Below, piece by piece: positions 12,690 through 25,531 of a stretch of DNA of 64,000 nt (position 1 is the stretch's first letter; each line of letters starts with the position of its first letter). The stretch comes from Kudoa neothunni (lineage: Eukaryota; Animalia; Cnidaria). Where the stretch lies: contig OZ199840.1 in NCBI GenBank assembly GCA_964304625.1, positions 8,457,487 to 8,521,486 on the forward strand. Direction: 5' to 3'. The notes under the pieces were generated by a model that was given only the letters and a program-made list of their open reading frames with translations, had not been told where the DNA came from and did no database searches. Position numbers and translations under genes: made by a program.

Positions 12690-15609
12690 TTTTCGTTTTT
12701 ATCCTTTTCAGTGTCCTATAAATTAATTTAATTGTACATAGAAAAACGAAATTTAATCGATTTGAATTATTGACGGCTTATAATCATGGATAAGGCCAAA
12801 GCACATGACATGAAAATGCAACACTGAAAGATTTTTTTTCTTTTTCAGTGTGCGCAATGAATTAAAATTTTTTATTGAATCCATATTACATTATGTGACC
12901 ATTTTTACGTAATAAATTCGTCATAAAGGATAATTGCGTGAAATTAATCGCTTAACCACCAGTTCTCATCTTGGTGTGTGCGCGCGCTTGTATAAATTAT
13001 TCGGTGTCGTTCTTGAATATGATTTAAACTATTGTCATTCACATAAAACAAAAAATAATAGATAGAGACATTTTATTATTCTCAAATATTTTTACATTAT
13101 TTTTTTGAATATACAATCTTTTATATTACTTTTAATTGTAGTCTCATAACTTTTCCTTAATTACGTGTGATATACGTTTATTTTTATATCGCTCGCCGGT
13201 TGTTTTATTAAAATCAGCTCATAAATTAGTCGTATATAATAGGCGAAAAATCCTGTTTACTTACAGTTGGTTGTGCTCTCCGGTTAGAATTGGCACAAAA
13301 ATATATTTTCTTTATATTTTACTTTCTTTAAATCAATGAAACGTAGTTTTTTCATATTTGATATTACATCTTGTTGAATAATATATCATTGATTTAATAT
13401 GTAATCAGAATTGATTATATTGAATCGCTTTCATCGAGTTCGCTCTAGAGTGTTCGTACAGAGAACCGATTTTTTCAGTTGATTAAATTTATATACTACT
13501 TTAAACATCAAGAGCTTAATAACTTAGTTAGTCATAAATTAATTGAAATGATAATAGTTAAAATCAAGACATTAAAATTGTAATGAACATTTATTTACTT
13601 TAACTTTTGAAAAGATATTTGAGAAATAACTGATTTATCTTTTATCCACAAAGTACATATATTTTTCTTTAATACTACATTTGGATTAGATAACGCATTT
13701 TCCTCCCTAGTGCCATATTTAAGTGTCCAAATTTTGATTTGTGTTTTTGGAAATTTCCTCTAAAAACAAAAAAAGAAATTTTAAATGTACTGTATATATT
13801 AACTGACTGCGATTCTAATGAACATTTCAATAAAAAATGTCTAAAACTAAATAAAATCTCTAATCTTTGAGTTAATAATTAAATAATTATTTCTAACGAT
13901 TAATTCCATAATCAAAACTAATTATAAAGCCTAAATTATTCTTTCTCACATTTAGAAATTCAGTGGATACAAAAGTTTTATATCAAAGTATAAATTTAGG
14001 AAACATTAATTTGAATCATTCCCGTTGTGTAATATTACTAAGAGATAAAGAAACGTTGTCAAACTGTACACGTTCATAATTATAAAATATTGTAAAAAAC
14101 AATGAATCTCCATCAAAAGCATAACCTCAATATTATATTATTCATCGAAATACCCTCATCTCGTTTACATTTTACATAAAAAAATAAATATTAAATTTGT
14201 AGAACTATACAATGTTACATTTTAAAGTAATCGACATACAAAAAATGATTGAATGAATCATTAATAGGTCGTAGTTGATATTAAATCTTGCATTTAGCTG
14301 TTGTAGAATTTTGTATATGCACTAAATTTAATAATATTTAACCATTTTATTCCTGATTGGTAAAATTAAAAGACTTATAGGCATTATAAACAAGAATCTA
14401 ACTTCAACTCGTTTCGGTCACGTGAGTTTCGATTAGAGGTGTTAAAATTTGAGTATCGAGGCACTTTAATCAAAATCGAGGGTTTTTAAGTACCATATGG
14501 ATGGATGATTATATGTATTAAGTCACATAATCGAAGTAATGTATGAGATTTCGTTAACCATCGTTGTCCCTGGTTAATAATAAATCTATTTATCAAATTT
14601 TTTGTAAAAGTGCTAATTTGTTAGTTTAAGTATGCAGAGATAAGAAAATATGAAATTTAGATCGGAGAAAATGAGTTCTAGATAGGGCATTAAGGTAGGA
14701 TTACGCATCTAAAATGCACTTTTCGATTCGTTTTTTCACTTATTCCTTCATAATTGTTTATATAAAAATAAAAGAATGCATAAAACAGGTAATCGGCTAA
14801 TTATGATGACGTGTAACTTTCCTACCAAATCCCGAATACAAAACTATCCGCGCATGTGAAATCTTAGTTAAATTTCGAAAATTCACCGAAAACCTACTCC
14901 ATTTTCCATACATTTACTTCAAAGTTAAGTATACATCTTATAAACATTTTTAATAGCGCTCTGTTTTCTAAAATTATACGAATCGGCCATTTAAATAACC
15001 TTTACAAATCTTATTGTGAGTTATGTTCCCTATCATTTTTTACGAATCGACTACAAACTATGTAAAATGCTATAACAATTATATAATACATTTTTTAGTT
15101 TATAAATTTTTTTGGTTAATTTATTTCGTGTAAAAAAATAGTTATAATCGTTGTTCTATCATTCAACTTTAATCATAAAATCTTAAAAGTGTTAATATGG
15201 TCAACCTTTTGACTTCGCGGTATTTATGATATGTAAAAAAAATTTTAAACAATTAGTTATTATAGAATCATTTTGGAAGAGGACGAATTTTATCAACTAA
15301 AAAAATGCATTAAAAATGAAACTTGAGTAATGTTGTGTTCTATAAGTGTACCATATTATACCTAATTTTTGAATACATATAATTAAAAACTATTTATTTT
15401 ATCTCTTATATTTTACAAGTAATTATGATTATTTAAGTTTCCTTTTCTATAAAGAATGCAACCAATCCTTTTTAATGAAACAATTTTGATTTGGGAACGT
15501 TTCTTAATTAAAAATACATTATTTTTATATTAAAAAGTAATTTTTGAACGAGTTCGGCAATACGTCAGGTCAAAACACATCCTTACCAAATCAAAATTGA
15601 ATTAACATA

Positions 15610-15920
15610 AATAAACGGAAATATGCGAGATTGCATGTAATAATGCGTAATAGAGTTATTCGGTTGGTAGAAGCAATTAGTGTCCGTTTGATTTCTTATT
15701 AAATGTCGCAGACGTATACAAATGAATAAATATCTGAATGTACGAGTGTTCACAAATCATCGATTAGGTGAATTTTAAGACGAAATTAAGAAGGTATTCG
15801 TACAGTCAGAAAAAAGGTGGTGACCGCCGTTCAAAATTTTCCAATGTGCAAAAATCGTTCATTCAAAATTTAGGAAGTGATGACTACACAGCAAGTTTTG
15901 CGAAAATTGACTAAAAACTC
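15610..15920 (+). pseudogene. relic N-terminal HTH region of a Tc1/IS630-type transposase related to the element at 54355
   Basis: Translates KRKYARLHVIMRNRVIRLVE|39 nt|TYTNE*ISECTSVHKSSIR*ILR...RKKGGDRRSKF, matching KRKYVILSDDMKQMAVSLAE|39 nt|DGYSNKYIAEKMGVHKSTIGRILK...KKKGGDRRSKL. Confidence 0.8.
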
Positions 15921-16481
15921 CTTTTCCTACCACGTTACAGCCCTTTTTAAATCAAAATGAGATATTCTTCCATCAGTTGATATCACTTGTAAAAAATAAA
16001 ATGACTCCTAACAGTATCTAAATTACTACAGTTATTCAGACTCAGTGTAATCCTTGTTTAAACTTACATAATATTGATAATTCGAAATACGTTACATATG
16101 AAGAAGGTTGCATTTTGATCTTAAAATACCTTATATATACACAGGTAAAAGTGTGCATATACTTCTATTAAACTTAAACATCCGTTAGACAGCACAAATG
16201 TTTGGAAAAGACATCTTGCCATAAATGCAACAAAAACTACTTCACTTTTTTAACCATTAAACAGATAATTAAGAACTATGTATAAAACAAGATTACCTAA
16301 GCTGGCCTATAACTCATTCAAAAAAATATCCAGAAATCTACATTAAGAAGCGCTGATAACTATCCAATCGGGAGAGTTAAAAATGAATTGAACCGACTGA
16401 ATCTCTCCCAATCAGTAGAACGCACATAAAAACAATAAATAAAGAAAATGATCAGGAGCAAATGAACAACAACTGTATTTT

Positions 16482-17077
16482 CTAAGCTATAAGAGCAGTG
16501 GCAGTAGATGCTTCACTAAAAAGGATTATTAGAAAGAAAGTAACGTTAACATTTAATTTACTATTTCCAAGTTGGAGGAAGAACTCTTTTCTGACGGTAA
16601 TACCTTGCCAATCTGTGAATTCTGGCTTCAACAAGAATAAGTCTAAATTTGGAGTCTTTATCTTTTCTATTGACTTCCAAATGTTTTCTCATGGAAATGG
16701 CTTTTTTGATCAAGAAGTAAAGATCCTCGGGGATAGTAGGAGCCATACCTAATTATTGGTTGAACAACCAGCAAGACGCTAACTAATTACCGTGACTCTT
16801 AAGAATACGAAGTATTTTACTTCCAGTCACATGTCTCACTTGAGGAATCACGTACACATCTCTCAGTGTGACACCAATTTGAGATGGAACCATACCTTTC
16901 TTGGCAAGTTTCAGTATAATATCTACAATTTCGGGGGTTCTTTGTGTAACCCATCCAGGAACAGCTCTTCTATAGGGGAGTAGAGAACCAGATTTACCTT
17001 TTCTATAAATATGTATTGGTTAAAGTGATCAGAGATGAATCAGTTATGTAGTACCCAGGAGCATGCAGACGACCCAT
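16482..17077 (-). CDS. RPS13: 40S ribosomal protein S13 (uS15), 4 exons
   Basis: MGRLHAPG|[12 protein letters not shown]...[18 protein letters not shown]...[10 protein letters not shown]|[50 protein letters not shown]...PTWKY|[10 protein letters not shown]; three GT-AG introns of about 40-50 nt. Confidence 0.97.
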
Positions 17078-17780
17078 ATTTGCAAACCGAAGTAATCACG
17101 CGATGACGCCGAATGGACCCGAAAGGTAACGATCACCATGACTAAGTGGTGCGACAATGCTTGATCTTGATATGAGGTTTTCAATTGCTCGCAATTATTC
17201 AAGAATGTAGTGAATTAATGTTGAGTTAATTTTGTTGGTTACTACGATAATTTTGCCTGCGCGTTTCATCTTTCATATTACATGAGCCATACTATTACAA
17301 AGATTCATCGATGATTGAATAAATATTAAAATAAACATATTTTTCGATATTTAAAATAATTATACAATTAAATAATTTATTTGAATTGGATATTCATATT
17401 CATAAATAAGAATATCCTCCAAAAACTTTCCGAATAAATTTCACTAGAGGAAACTAGGACTCTTATAAAATCCGATTATTTTGCTGTTTATTCCCCATAA
17501 ATCTAGAACCCAAATATTTCAAGAAGCAAATAAAATGATATAGAAAGGGTTTTCATCAAATTTACAGTTTGTAGTTAATTCTTCTCTATTTTATCGGTCT
17601 GTTGTTGTATTTAGTGTATGCTATACTTTGTGTGTCAAAATTTATTATTTAATTATACAACAAACATAAAATGATAGATAGGAAGAACATTTGTTTGATT
17701 TGATTTTAATTTACACCGGATTATTATGTAGTTTCAAACACCCACTATGAGATTTCAAATATAATTGTTCATATATTATA

Positions 17781-18016
17781 CAGTAGAAAATGGGTGGTTC
17801 GTAATCCCGTTGGGGCCTCAAAAAAGTTACGAACCACGCGTCAGTATACAAAAATAGTGGAAATCACAAATATTTAATTATTGGACAGCTAATATTTTTT
17901 TCAATTAATGAGTTTACTTTAATATGCATTTTTAGTTAGAATTTAATAATTCGATTCCTTTACAATTTCAAATTTTTACATATTTTCGGAAGTTACGAAC
18001 CACCCGCCACCGACTG
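17781..18016. mobile_element. Tc1/mariner-pogo-type MITE (236 bp)
   Basis: TA|cagtagaaaatgggtggttcgtaa ... ttacgaaccacccgccaccgactg|TA: imperfect TIRs flanked by TA; non-coding. Confidence 0.7.
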
Positions 18017-18608
18017 TACCCACTAATTAAATTTTCTACTTTAAAATTTGTATTAACATTTAAAAACACGATAAATTTTTTATTACTTTAATTTGTGATC
18101 GAAATATATAAATGATCTCCAATGATACTGGATTATCGGTAATATTTTTCTAATTATTGAAATTAATTGTCTGTACTCCAAATAATTGATTTTTAGAATA
18201 AACATTAATTTTTAACCAACCCTGCCTGATGTAGATTCTTACGAACAGTAATATTCGTGTATATCAAATTATTTCAGTTCCACCTATTTGTTCTATTGGA
18301 AATAATTAAAAAAATTAGATTTTAAAAAATTAACCGTATAATATATCGAGTTTTAACACGAGTTGTTAGGATTAAAAATGAAGATCGTCAATATGAAAAA
18401 CCCATTTGGGATTTAATTAACTAACAACAATAGCCACATCGTATAATTTTCTAATGTCGAAAGTATAAAATAGAGGAATAAGTGTAAAATTTAATAATTA
18501 ACGAGATTAAGCAAATTGAAAAAATTACAACGTGATATATATGCCAAAAAATAATAATTCAATTTATTATAAAAAACTATTTTCAAATATTAAAGGACAA
18601 TTATGGCT

Positions 18609-19081
18609 TCACATTGAATTAACTTCATCATTCAAAACTTCTAATCGTGTCATCATGTGCTCGATTTGCTCCAGGCGTTTGTCTAGTGCTTCTATTTAAT
18701 ATTTAGGCTTATTATTGAATAAATAGACGATATTGGTTACGGGAAGATTTGAATAATTGGTTTAATTGACTGTTGAATGTCTCTATTTTACTTTCTACGT
18801 TTTCCAAGGGGAAGTTCACAATTAGAGCATGAATGTGATTGGAATAATTGAAATGATTGTGATAAGCCTATGAAATTTTAGAATTAAAATTTGCAGTAGT
18901 ACAAATGAGATTGCTTTTATTATTTTTGAGTGTAATCGTTCAATTTCAGTATAGTTTCTATTTCTATAGCGAGATTGTATTTGATTAAAACGAGCTGTTT
19001 TATGAATAAATACGTTTTATGCAAAGAATATTGTTCGGCTAAAGTATCAACGTTAAATTCAGATTTCACTGGCTGATCCAT
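18609..19081 (-). CDS. small (about 110-120 aa) coiled-coil protein, 4 exons; weak resemblance to BLOC-1 subunits
   Basis: MDQPVKSEFNVDTLAEQYSLHKT|..YTEIERLHSKIIKAISF|AYHNH...ENVESKIETFNSQLNQLFKSS|LEALDKRLEQIEHMMTRLEVLNDEVNSM*, joined by GT-AG introns; divergent from RABGGTB. Not in the ORF track because the exons are short. Confidence 0.55.
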
Positions 19082-19479
19082 GAACAAAAGTTGCTATTAT
19101 CGAATAAATAAAATCGTCGTTATTCGGAATTAATATTTTAAACCATTACAAAACATAATAAAATAAATAATTTTTGGAAAATTGAAAAACATTAAATTTT
19201 CTATTTTCTGATTATATTTTAGAAATAAAATAATGTAATCACCTAAAAAAATTCCCACATCCATAAATATGTGAATGTTATATTTATTATATAAGGGGAT
19301 GATTAAATTGAATTTGTGATCGTATAATTGAGCAAAATATTTAAGATAATAAAATAACAAAAATAATAATGGAAAAATGTAGAAATCGGTAAAAATAACT
19401 TCAATCAAACGCATTTGTTATCCTTTCGTACGTTATCGGCAAAAGTCGAAAAATCATTTGAGGGTTTCAAAATATAGAA

Positions 19480-20892
19480 ATGGTAACAATATAATAAATT
19501 AAATATGTTGAAAATATGTAGGCATCATTAAAAAATGATTTTATAATGCCAAAAGGTTGCCCCACCTTTCGACCCGATAAACACATAAGCTACGTGTGCT
19601 CGATTATCAATAATTATGATATTGATCCAGTATTTTTTCCGCACTAAATTTAGGTTTTATGAAATTTGTTAAGGAATTAAAACTTATGGAACATCTTAAA
19701 ATGAACGCCGTTTTATGGGTGTTGACATCGTTGGATGTGCTCGGAAAACTCAATGAAATAGACGCCGATGCTCTGTTATCGTTTATAAAATCATGTGCCA
19801 ACAATGACGGTGGATATGGTCCCTCAGTGGGATTTTCCTCGTCAATTCTAACCACATTAAGTGCTCTTCAAGTACTTGATCGTTGGTTGTTTTGTAATGA
19901 CTGCACTGTTTGATTTACTAAAAGGCATTAATTATCTTGGACCAATTTTCTACTGTTGATATTGAGTCCACTACCAACTATGTAGTGTCACTATTACAAC
20001 CGGATGGTTCGTTTGCTGGTGACAACTATGGTAGGTATTCTATGGAGCGATAAAGAATAAACAATTGATGTTGTCTAGGCGAAGTTGATACTAGATTTTT
20101 GTATTGTGCCGTTAGTTGTTTGTTTTATATGGTAATAAATTCGAGTGATTCTATCTGAATTCTTGCTCACACAAATACATATAGGACAGACTAGATGCCA
20201 TTGACCGTGAAAACAGCATTAACTATGTATTATCATGCATGAATTTTGATGGAGGATTTGGAGTGAATCCTGGAGATGAATCCCATGCTGGTCAAGTGAT
20301 TATACATGCCAGTGTGTTGTTATCGCAAACTTAACAATTGCTGTGATTTGCGTGACTAGGTTTTTTGTTGTGTGGCTGCTATGGAAATTCTGAATGCCAC
20401 CCACAGACTACCCTCCCACAATGTGGGTGCTTGGTTATGCAGCAGACAACTCGCGAGCGGCGGGTTGAATGGAAGACCCGAAAAACTTCCCGATTCGTGC
20501 TATTCTTGGTGGATAATTAGCCCCATGGTTATCCTCAACAAACACGATTGGATATCCAAGGTGATTGCTGATTTATCAAAATATAATTCGTGGTTTATTC
20601 AGAAAAATCTCGTGAAATTCATCTTAGAATGCCAAGATATTGACAAGGGCGGATTTACCGATCACCCAGGAAACGAGGTTTGTCCATATTTGTTTTCTAT
20701 TCTAATTATCTATCAATCTAGCCTGATATCTATCACACACATTTTGGTTTGTGTGCACTTGCTCTTTTGGATTTCTCAACGCAAGATCTCAAATCAATTC
20801 ACCCGGTTTTATGTCTTACTAAGAATTCTATCAAACGTCATCTCTTCCACAGAGATGACGATATGAAAAGATTTTTGTTAGGAGATAAATAA
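19480..20892 (+). CDS. RABGGTB: Rab geranylgeranyltransferase (type II) beta subunit, about 9 exons
   Basis: ATG-only first exon; [34 protein letters not shown]|[63 protein letters not shown]|PDIYHTHFG; prenyltransferase repeats with zinc-ligand D/C/H retained. Confidence 0.95.
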
Positions 20893-20996
20893 TTGTTCTT
20901 TTATTTTTCAATGCAGTTTTTTATTTCCTACTATACATGGAGCCTGACGCAAGCTGGCTTTATTTTTTCTCCATTATTCATAAACTTAATTTAAAC

Positions 20997-21511
20997 CAGT
21001 AGTTCTCAACAATTTGTTCTAATTTATCTACTAAGTTAGAAGCCAAATTTATTGGTAACTTAGGGTTTTATAGGGGTTAAGTTAAACAGAGGCTATTTTC
21101 ATGGTAAATTCTCATCCTTAGAATATATACGCTTACTCACAACCTGTCTACAGATTTAATTATTATTGACCCATTCCTTTGCTCGTAATGACCAGAAATG
21201 ATTAGAAATAGTCAAAACTCGTGCTCTATGAATATTATTACCACGCAAATAGCTCTATTTTGAGTATTAATATTATTAGACGATATCATTAAAAGATAAA
21301 CGTGACAAAAAAGAAATATACTGATAATAGTTTTGTAAATAATTGTTAAATATTTATTTTTAAATTCATTTTAATAACACTAAGTAATATAATTCTTTAG
21401 AAATCCTGAAGTATGTCACAAACCCCATTATGCGAAAATTTCCCCTATCCAATTTTGATGTTTTTAATTTATTCCCTGCCATTTAAAATTTACTCCCGGT
21501 TGAGAACCCTG
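20997..21511. mobile_element. hAT (Charlie-like) MITE
   Basis: TIRs cagtagttctcaac / gttgagaaccctg; flanking 8-mers atttaaac and actaaaac (degenerate TSD). Confidence 0.6.
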
Positions 21512-22245
21512 ACTAAAACAATTTGAATTCAAGATTAGTGATATTTTGGAAATCAGCCTTTCAGAATGATAGTTGGACCTATACTTATGATATAATAGAT
21601 AGTATCTTTTTATATCCGAAATCGCGATTACCTTCAAGTTGATCTATTATTCTTCTTCTTGTTCTTCTAAGTCACAAGAATTCTCTAAAATCAAAATTGA
21701 CTTTAGGCTCTTCATAACCAAATATTTATTAATGCTTAAAAAATAATTATTCAATTCAATGCATTTAAATATATTTTAATTTTAATAGAATCTCTCTTCA
21801 TTATCAGTGTTGGTCTGTATAATATGAATTCTATCTCAAATTTAGATATAACTATCTTTAAGTCAAAATATAGAAAAACCAGATACGACATAACTTACGA
21901 TTTTTGTTTGTTTACGAAATCAAACCCCTGTCGCAACTTATTAGGTTGTGGAGTTAAAACTAGTTGGACAAATCTCGTTAAATTACCGCTGCATACAAAG
22001 CAGGGCGAATAATATGTATACACCTGTCCTTCTGTGGTAGTATGAGAGTTTAATCTACTAAACATCCCTGTTTCTATGACAATCCCAAACCCTATACATT
22101 AAGACTGGCTACACAGAAATATCACGCCTGTTAATGTATCTTCTTCGATTTAAACTTCTAATTCAAATTCAAATTCTTATGTTAGACCGAATTATAATTT
22201 AATTGCATGTGAAATTACACACTTCAATGCAATCTTACTCTAACA

Positions 22246-22562
22246 CAATGGTTTCCGACCGGCGATCCGCGGATTTCTATGATTCCACCAAGGTCCCCTA
22301 GGGGTCTGCAGCATAGAAAAAATATAGATAATAATAGTAGGTACCTATTTACAAATGTATGTTGTCTAGATCCTTGGCGATGCCGAATAAATTTTAGGGA
22401 TAATATATTTAAGTTTTTAGTAAATAAATGCACGAAAATTTTTTGTCTTGTGTTTTATTTGTTTACAATTGTCATAAAAAATATACATACTTATATAGAG
22501 GTCTGCAAGACATTTTGAGGTGATCAGGGGATCCGTCCTTCTAAAATGGTTAAAAATCATTG
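22246..22562. mobile_element. hAT (Charlie-like) MITE
   Basis: TIRs caatggtttccgacc / ggttaaaaatcattg; flanking 8-mers ctctaaca and ttctaact resemble the NTCTAGAN target; internal gatccg motifs near both ends. A similar right end lies at about 4143-4208. Confidence 0.6.
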
Positions 22563-22646
22563 TTCTAACTATAGCTTCTTTTTGGAGACAAAGACACACT
22601 CCTACGACCGTAATAGACTGATCGGTATTGGGAGTTCAATCGAGTC

Positions 22647-22720
22647 ATTAAACCGCGTAACTATCTGCTCTTGGCAGCTACATAATGTTGCAAACCCCTC
22701 CGAATAAACGCGGTTTAATG
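22647..22720. repeat. 74-bp unit bounded by a perfect 13-bp inverted repeat (mini-MITE-like)
   Basis: cattaaaccgcgt ... acgcggtttaatg. Confidence 0.6.
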
Positions 22721-23018
22721 TGCATCGTAGTAAGTAGAAAACTTTTAATAGATCAACTCGAATAATATTATGTATGTTTTTGAGGATTTGGCACTATTCA
22801 ATGTACTCCTGCATTACTCTACGTTGAAATTATATCCCACGTTCTAGGATCTAATGAAAATTCACTTAATTCCTCAACTAACTGTTATAACTGTTATAGA
22901 GTGTATTAGCAGCTCTTTCAAAATTACAAAAAGTATAATATATGGAATCCAGTTATTTTTTAGTAGAAAAACGCAACCAAGTCAAAAATATAAAGAAAAT
23001 AAACAAACTACAATCTAA

Positions 23019-25531
23019 CTACAAGATGGATTTCAATTTATTTTGTACATCTTTTGGCATATCTCTCAGTAGGGCTTTGACTTTGGAAATATTTTGACCC
23101 TTAGCCTCTGATTCTAGTGGCTCAATGATGGTTCCAGGTTTGGTTTGGATTTTAGGTTGGATCATATTTTTGAAGGATTTCGGAGTGTTAAACAGCTGGC
23201 CCACTGGTTGTCTGATGCTGCTGTTGAAAATGTGTTTATCATTGGCGAATCCTCGGGGAACTTTTCTCACCTAACCAAAATTTTAGAAATAAATCACCTC
23301 ATAACTCCAAAGGTAATGTGATTATCACCTTGAAGTTATCCAACGCAGAGTTATTATTTTTGTTCTTGATAACAAGTGGGGGAAGGGGATCTTTTTTTGC
23401 GGTAGTTTTCTTTTTACGTCTATTTCTACGCGAAGAAGAGCCGCCAGTGTTGATGTTGGTTGGGTTATCCGATATCCATGAACCCCAACCTGGCAGTGGT
23501 TTCGCTGAGTTGTTTGCTTGAGCAAGGATCTCATTTTTCAAATGCTGTTGATTGGATTGGACATCATTTGCGAATTCTCGACCGATCACGTTGTCGCCGA
23601 AAGCATCCACAATAGCTCGCATATTTTTCTCTTCTTCGGCTTTGTCCACCAAAGTTGCTGCGTCATTTCGGTCAGAAGAGGACTCATCGGTCTGTTGTTC
23701 GCTTTCATCTTCAGATTCGGTGAACAATTCTAAATCCAAACGATAAGAGACCTTCTAACGCCACCAGCATTAAAAGAACATACGTTCTCTATCATCCGGG
23801 TGGGCAAAATCATCCGATTCATCACAAGAATCGTTCGCGGTGCGACTGATGGGAACAAGTGCTCTAAATCGCGTTTTTGGATCGTTAGTATCTTCAGCTA
23901 TTTCTACAGATGCGCATTATGAAGCGGAATGTCATATTTTAAGTAAGCGCAAACATACCATAGATTTCATCGTTTTTAACCTCATCGGTGAGCCAAGGAT
24001 TGTTAACAAGGTTTAATTTTTGTTGGTTAGTAAGTTGTTGATTGGGGTTTTTAGCGTTTTTAATGTCGAGATGGTTGAATGATTGTGAAAAATTGGTGTT
24101 ATTCTCGTCATCATCTGAGCTAACGCCTTTGGTTTCGTTGATACGTTTGTTACCGGTTTCCTGATGCTGAATGAGTGCCTCTTTGGCCTATCCACCCATC
24201 AAATCAGATATTCATTTGTCAATCACATAAAATAGTAAAACTTTACATCTGGCAATTTATGACTGAGGGTTTTCATGCGTTTTTCCCATTTGGACTTTTT
24301 CTTGTGTTTCAGAAGTGCCCTTTCTTCAGCTCGAACGTTATCCATCTCTTCTTGTGTTTCTCCAATGTCATTGGCCTCACGTTTTTTCTTGAGATTGCGT
24401 AGACGTCGACGAAAACTAAAACCCACATATTATCCCTCTTAAATCCCACCAAATTAACTACAAACATACTTTTTGCTTTTGATTTTTCGAATATAATTAT
24501 TCTTGGCGTTGAGATTAGCTTCAAATAATCTCAATTTACGAAGTTGATTTCGTTGCTCAAGAACTTTTTCCAATTGCAGTTTGTGAAGCGCTTTACGCTC
24601 TCTGTTAGACAGCTTTCCTAAAATGTCCATAATTTTGTTGCTTTTATTCAAATCTTCGGTTGCTATGTTTCTTTTATCTTTATTATTCTATTATGTTAGA
24701 GTTAATTTCTATCGATCTGTCTTCGAAAATCAACTACATTAATTGTATCATTTGCATTAACCCAATCATCCAAAGTCGGTTCGAGTTGAATATCATGGGT
24801 GGAATCAAATTTTATTTTTTTAGCCTAATCCAACATTTAAAACCCAAATCAACACAAACAACCACAAATACATCTCTGTGTTGATGAATAACGTGATCCC
24901 ATTTGTTCATATCCTTCACATTGGTTTTATAAGCTTCTTGTCTGGTTCGCTGAACCGAATGTCAAACTCCAAAAATATCACTCTTAAAACCGGTATTACT
25001 TTTGCAACTTTTTCACGATTTTCCGGTATTACACACGCTTGGTAGCTGTCTGCAGATTTCTATAGTCGACAACAAGCTCAAACATCAAACAAACTACAAC
25101 CAAAGCTACTTGGACATGTTTGAAATTTTTTAACGTTTTATCGTCCATACATGCTAACAGCTGATCCATTGAAACCTTTGAGGATGTTATACGATCTAAA
25201 TTAATTGTTTTGTATTCAACTATTGAGTTCATATCCAGCTAATAGTTACTGTTATAAAAAAGTGATGGTTGTTCTCCATCCTCATCTCGATCTCTCAGTC
25301 TATTTTAATGTTAAATCACATATTATACCTTTGGACGCTTATGTGTAATAAAAAATACTTTGGTTTCACCGTTCCAATGGTGGATTCCAAACTTTTCAAA
25401 AGCTCATCATTCTTATCCAAATTTTGCTTTTTCTATGCATATATAAATTAAGTGGGGCTGAAACTATTCGAATATTTTACATTTTTCTCCAATTTAATGT
25501 CCAGAATATCACAATCTGTGTTTTTTGGCAT
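23019..25531 (-). CDS. UTP14: U3 snoRNA-associated protein 14 (SSU processome), multi-exon
   Basis: Likely start MPKNTDCDIL at 25531; NAKNNYIRKIKSKK..RRRLR, RAEERALLKHKKKSKW, LPGWGSW, VPRGF...IRQPVGQLFNT...IQPKIQTKPGTIIEPL are Utp14 signature blocks; short GT-AG introns between ORF pieces. Confidence 0.9.

Noticed and set aside
12483-12731. 82-aa ORF
   Set aside because: Spans the 5S rRNA gene; chance open frame.
17090-17195. GC-richer stretch with gatga/gaaa motifs suggesting a hammerhead ribozyme or snoRNA
   Set aside because: No intact CUGAUGA core with supporting stems and no box C/D pair; better explained as the RPS13 promoter and 5'UTR.
19130-19414. 94-aa hydrophobic ORF, and similar AT-rich ORFs at 45407, 45563, 48146 and 55645
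   Set aside because: F/I/L/Y/N/K-biased translations of AT-rich promoter or TIR DNA with no motifs.
21560-22160. Minus-strand exon-like pieces including a PDZ-like GFGIVI string
   Set aside because: Could not be assembled into a stop-free spliced frame; at best a degraded gene fragment.
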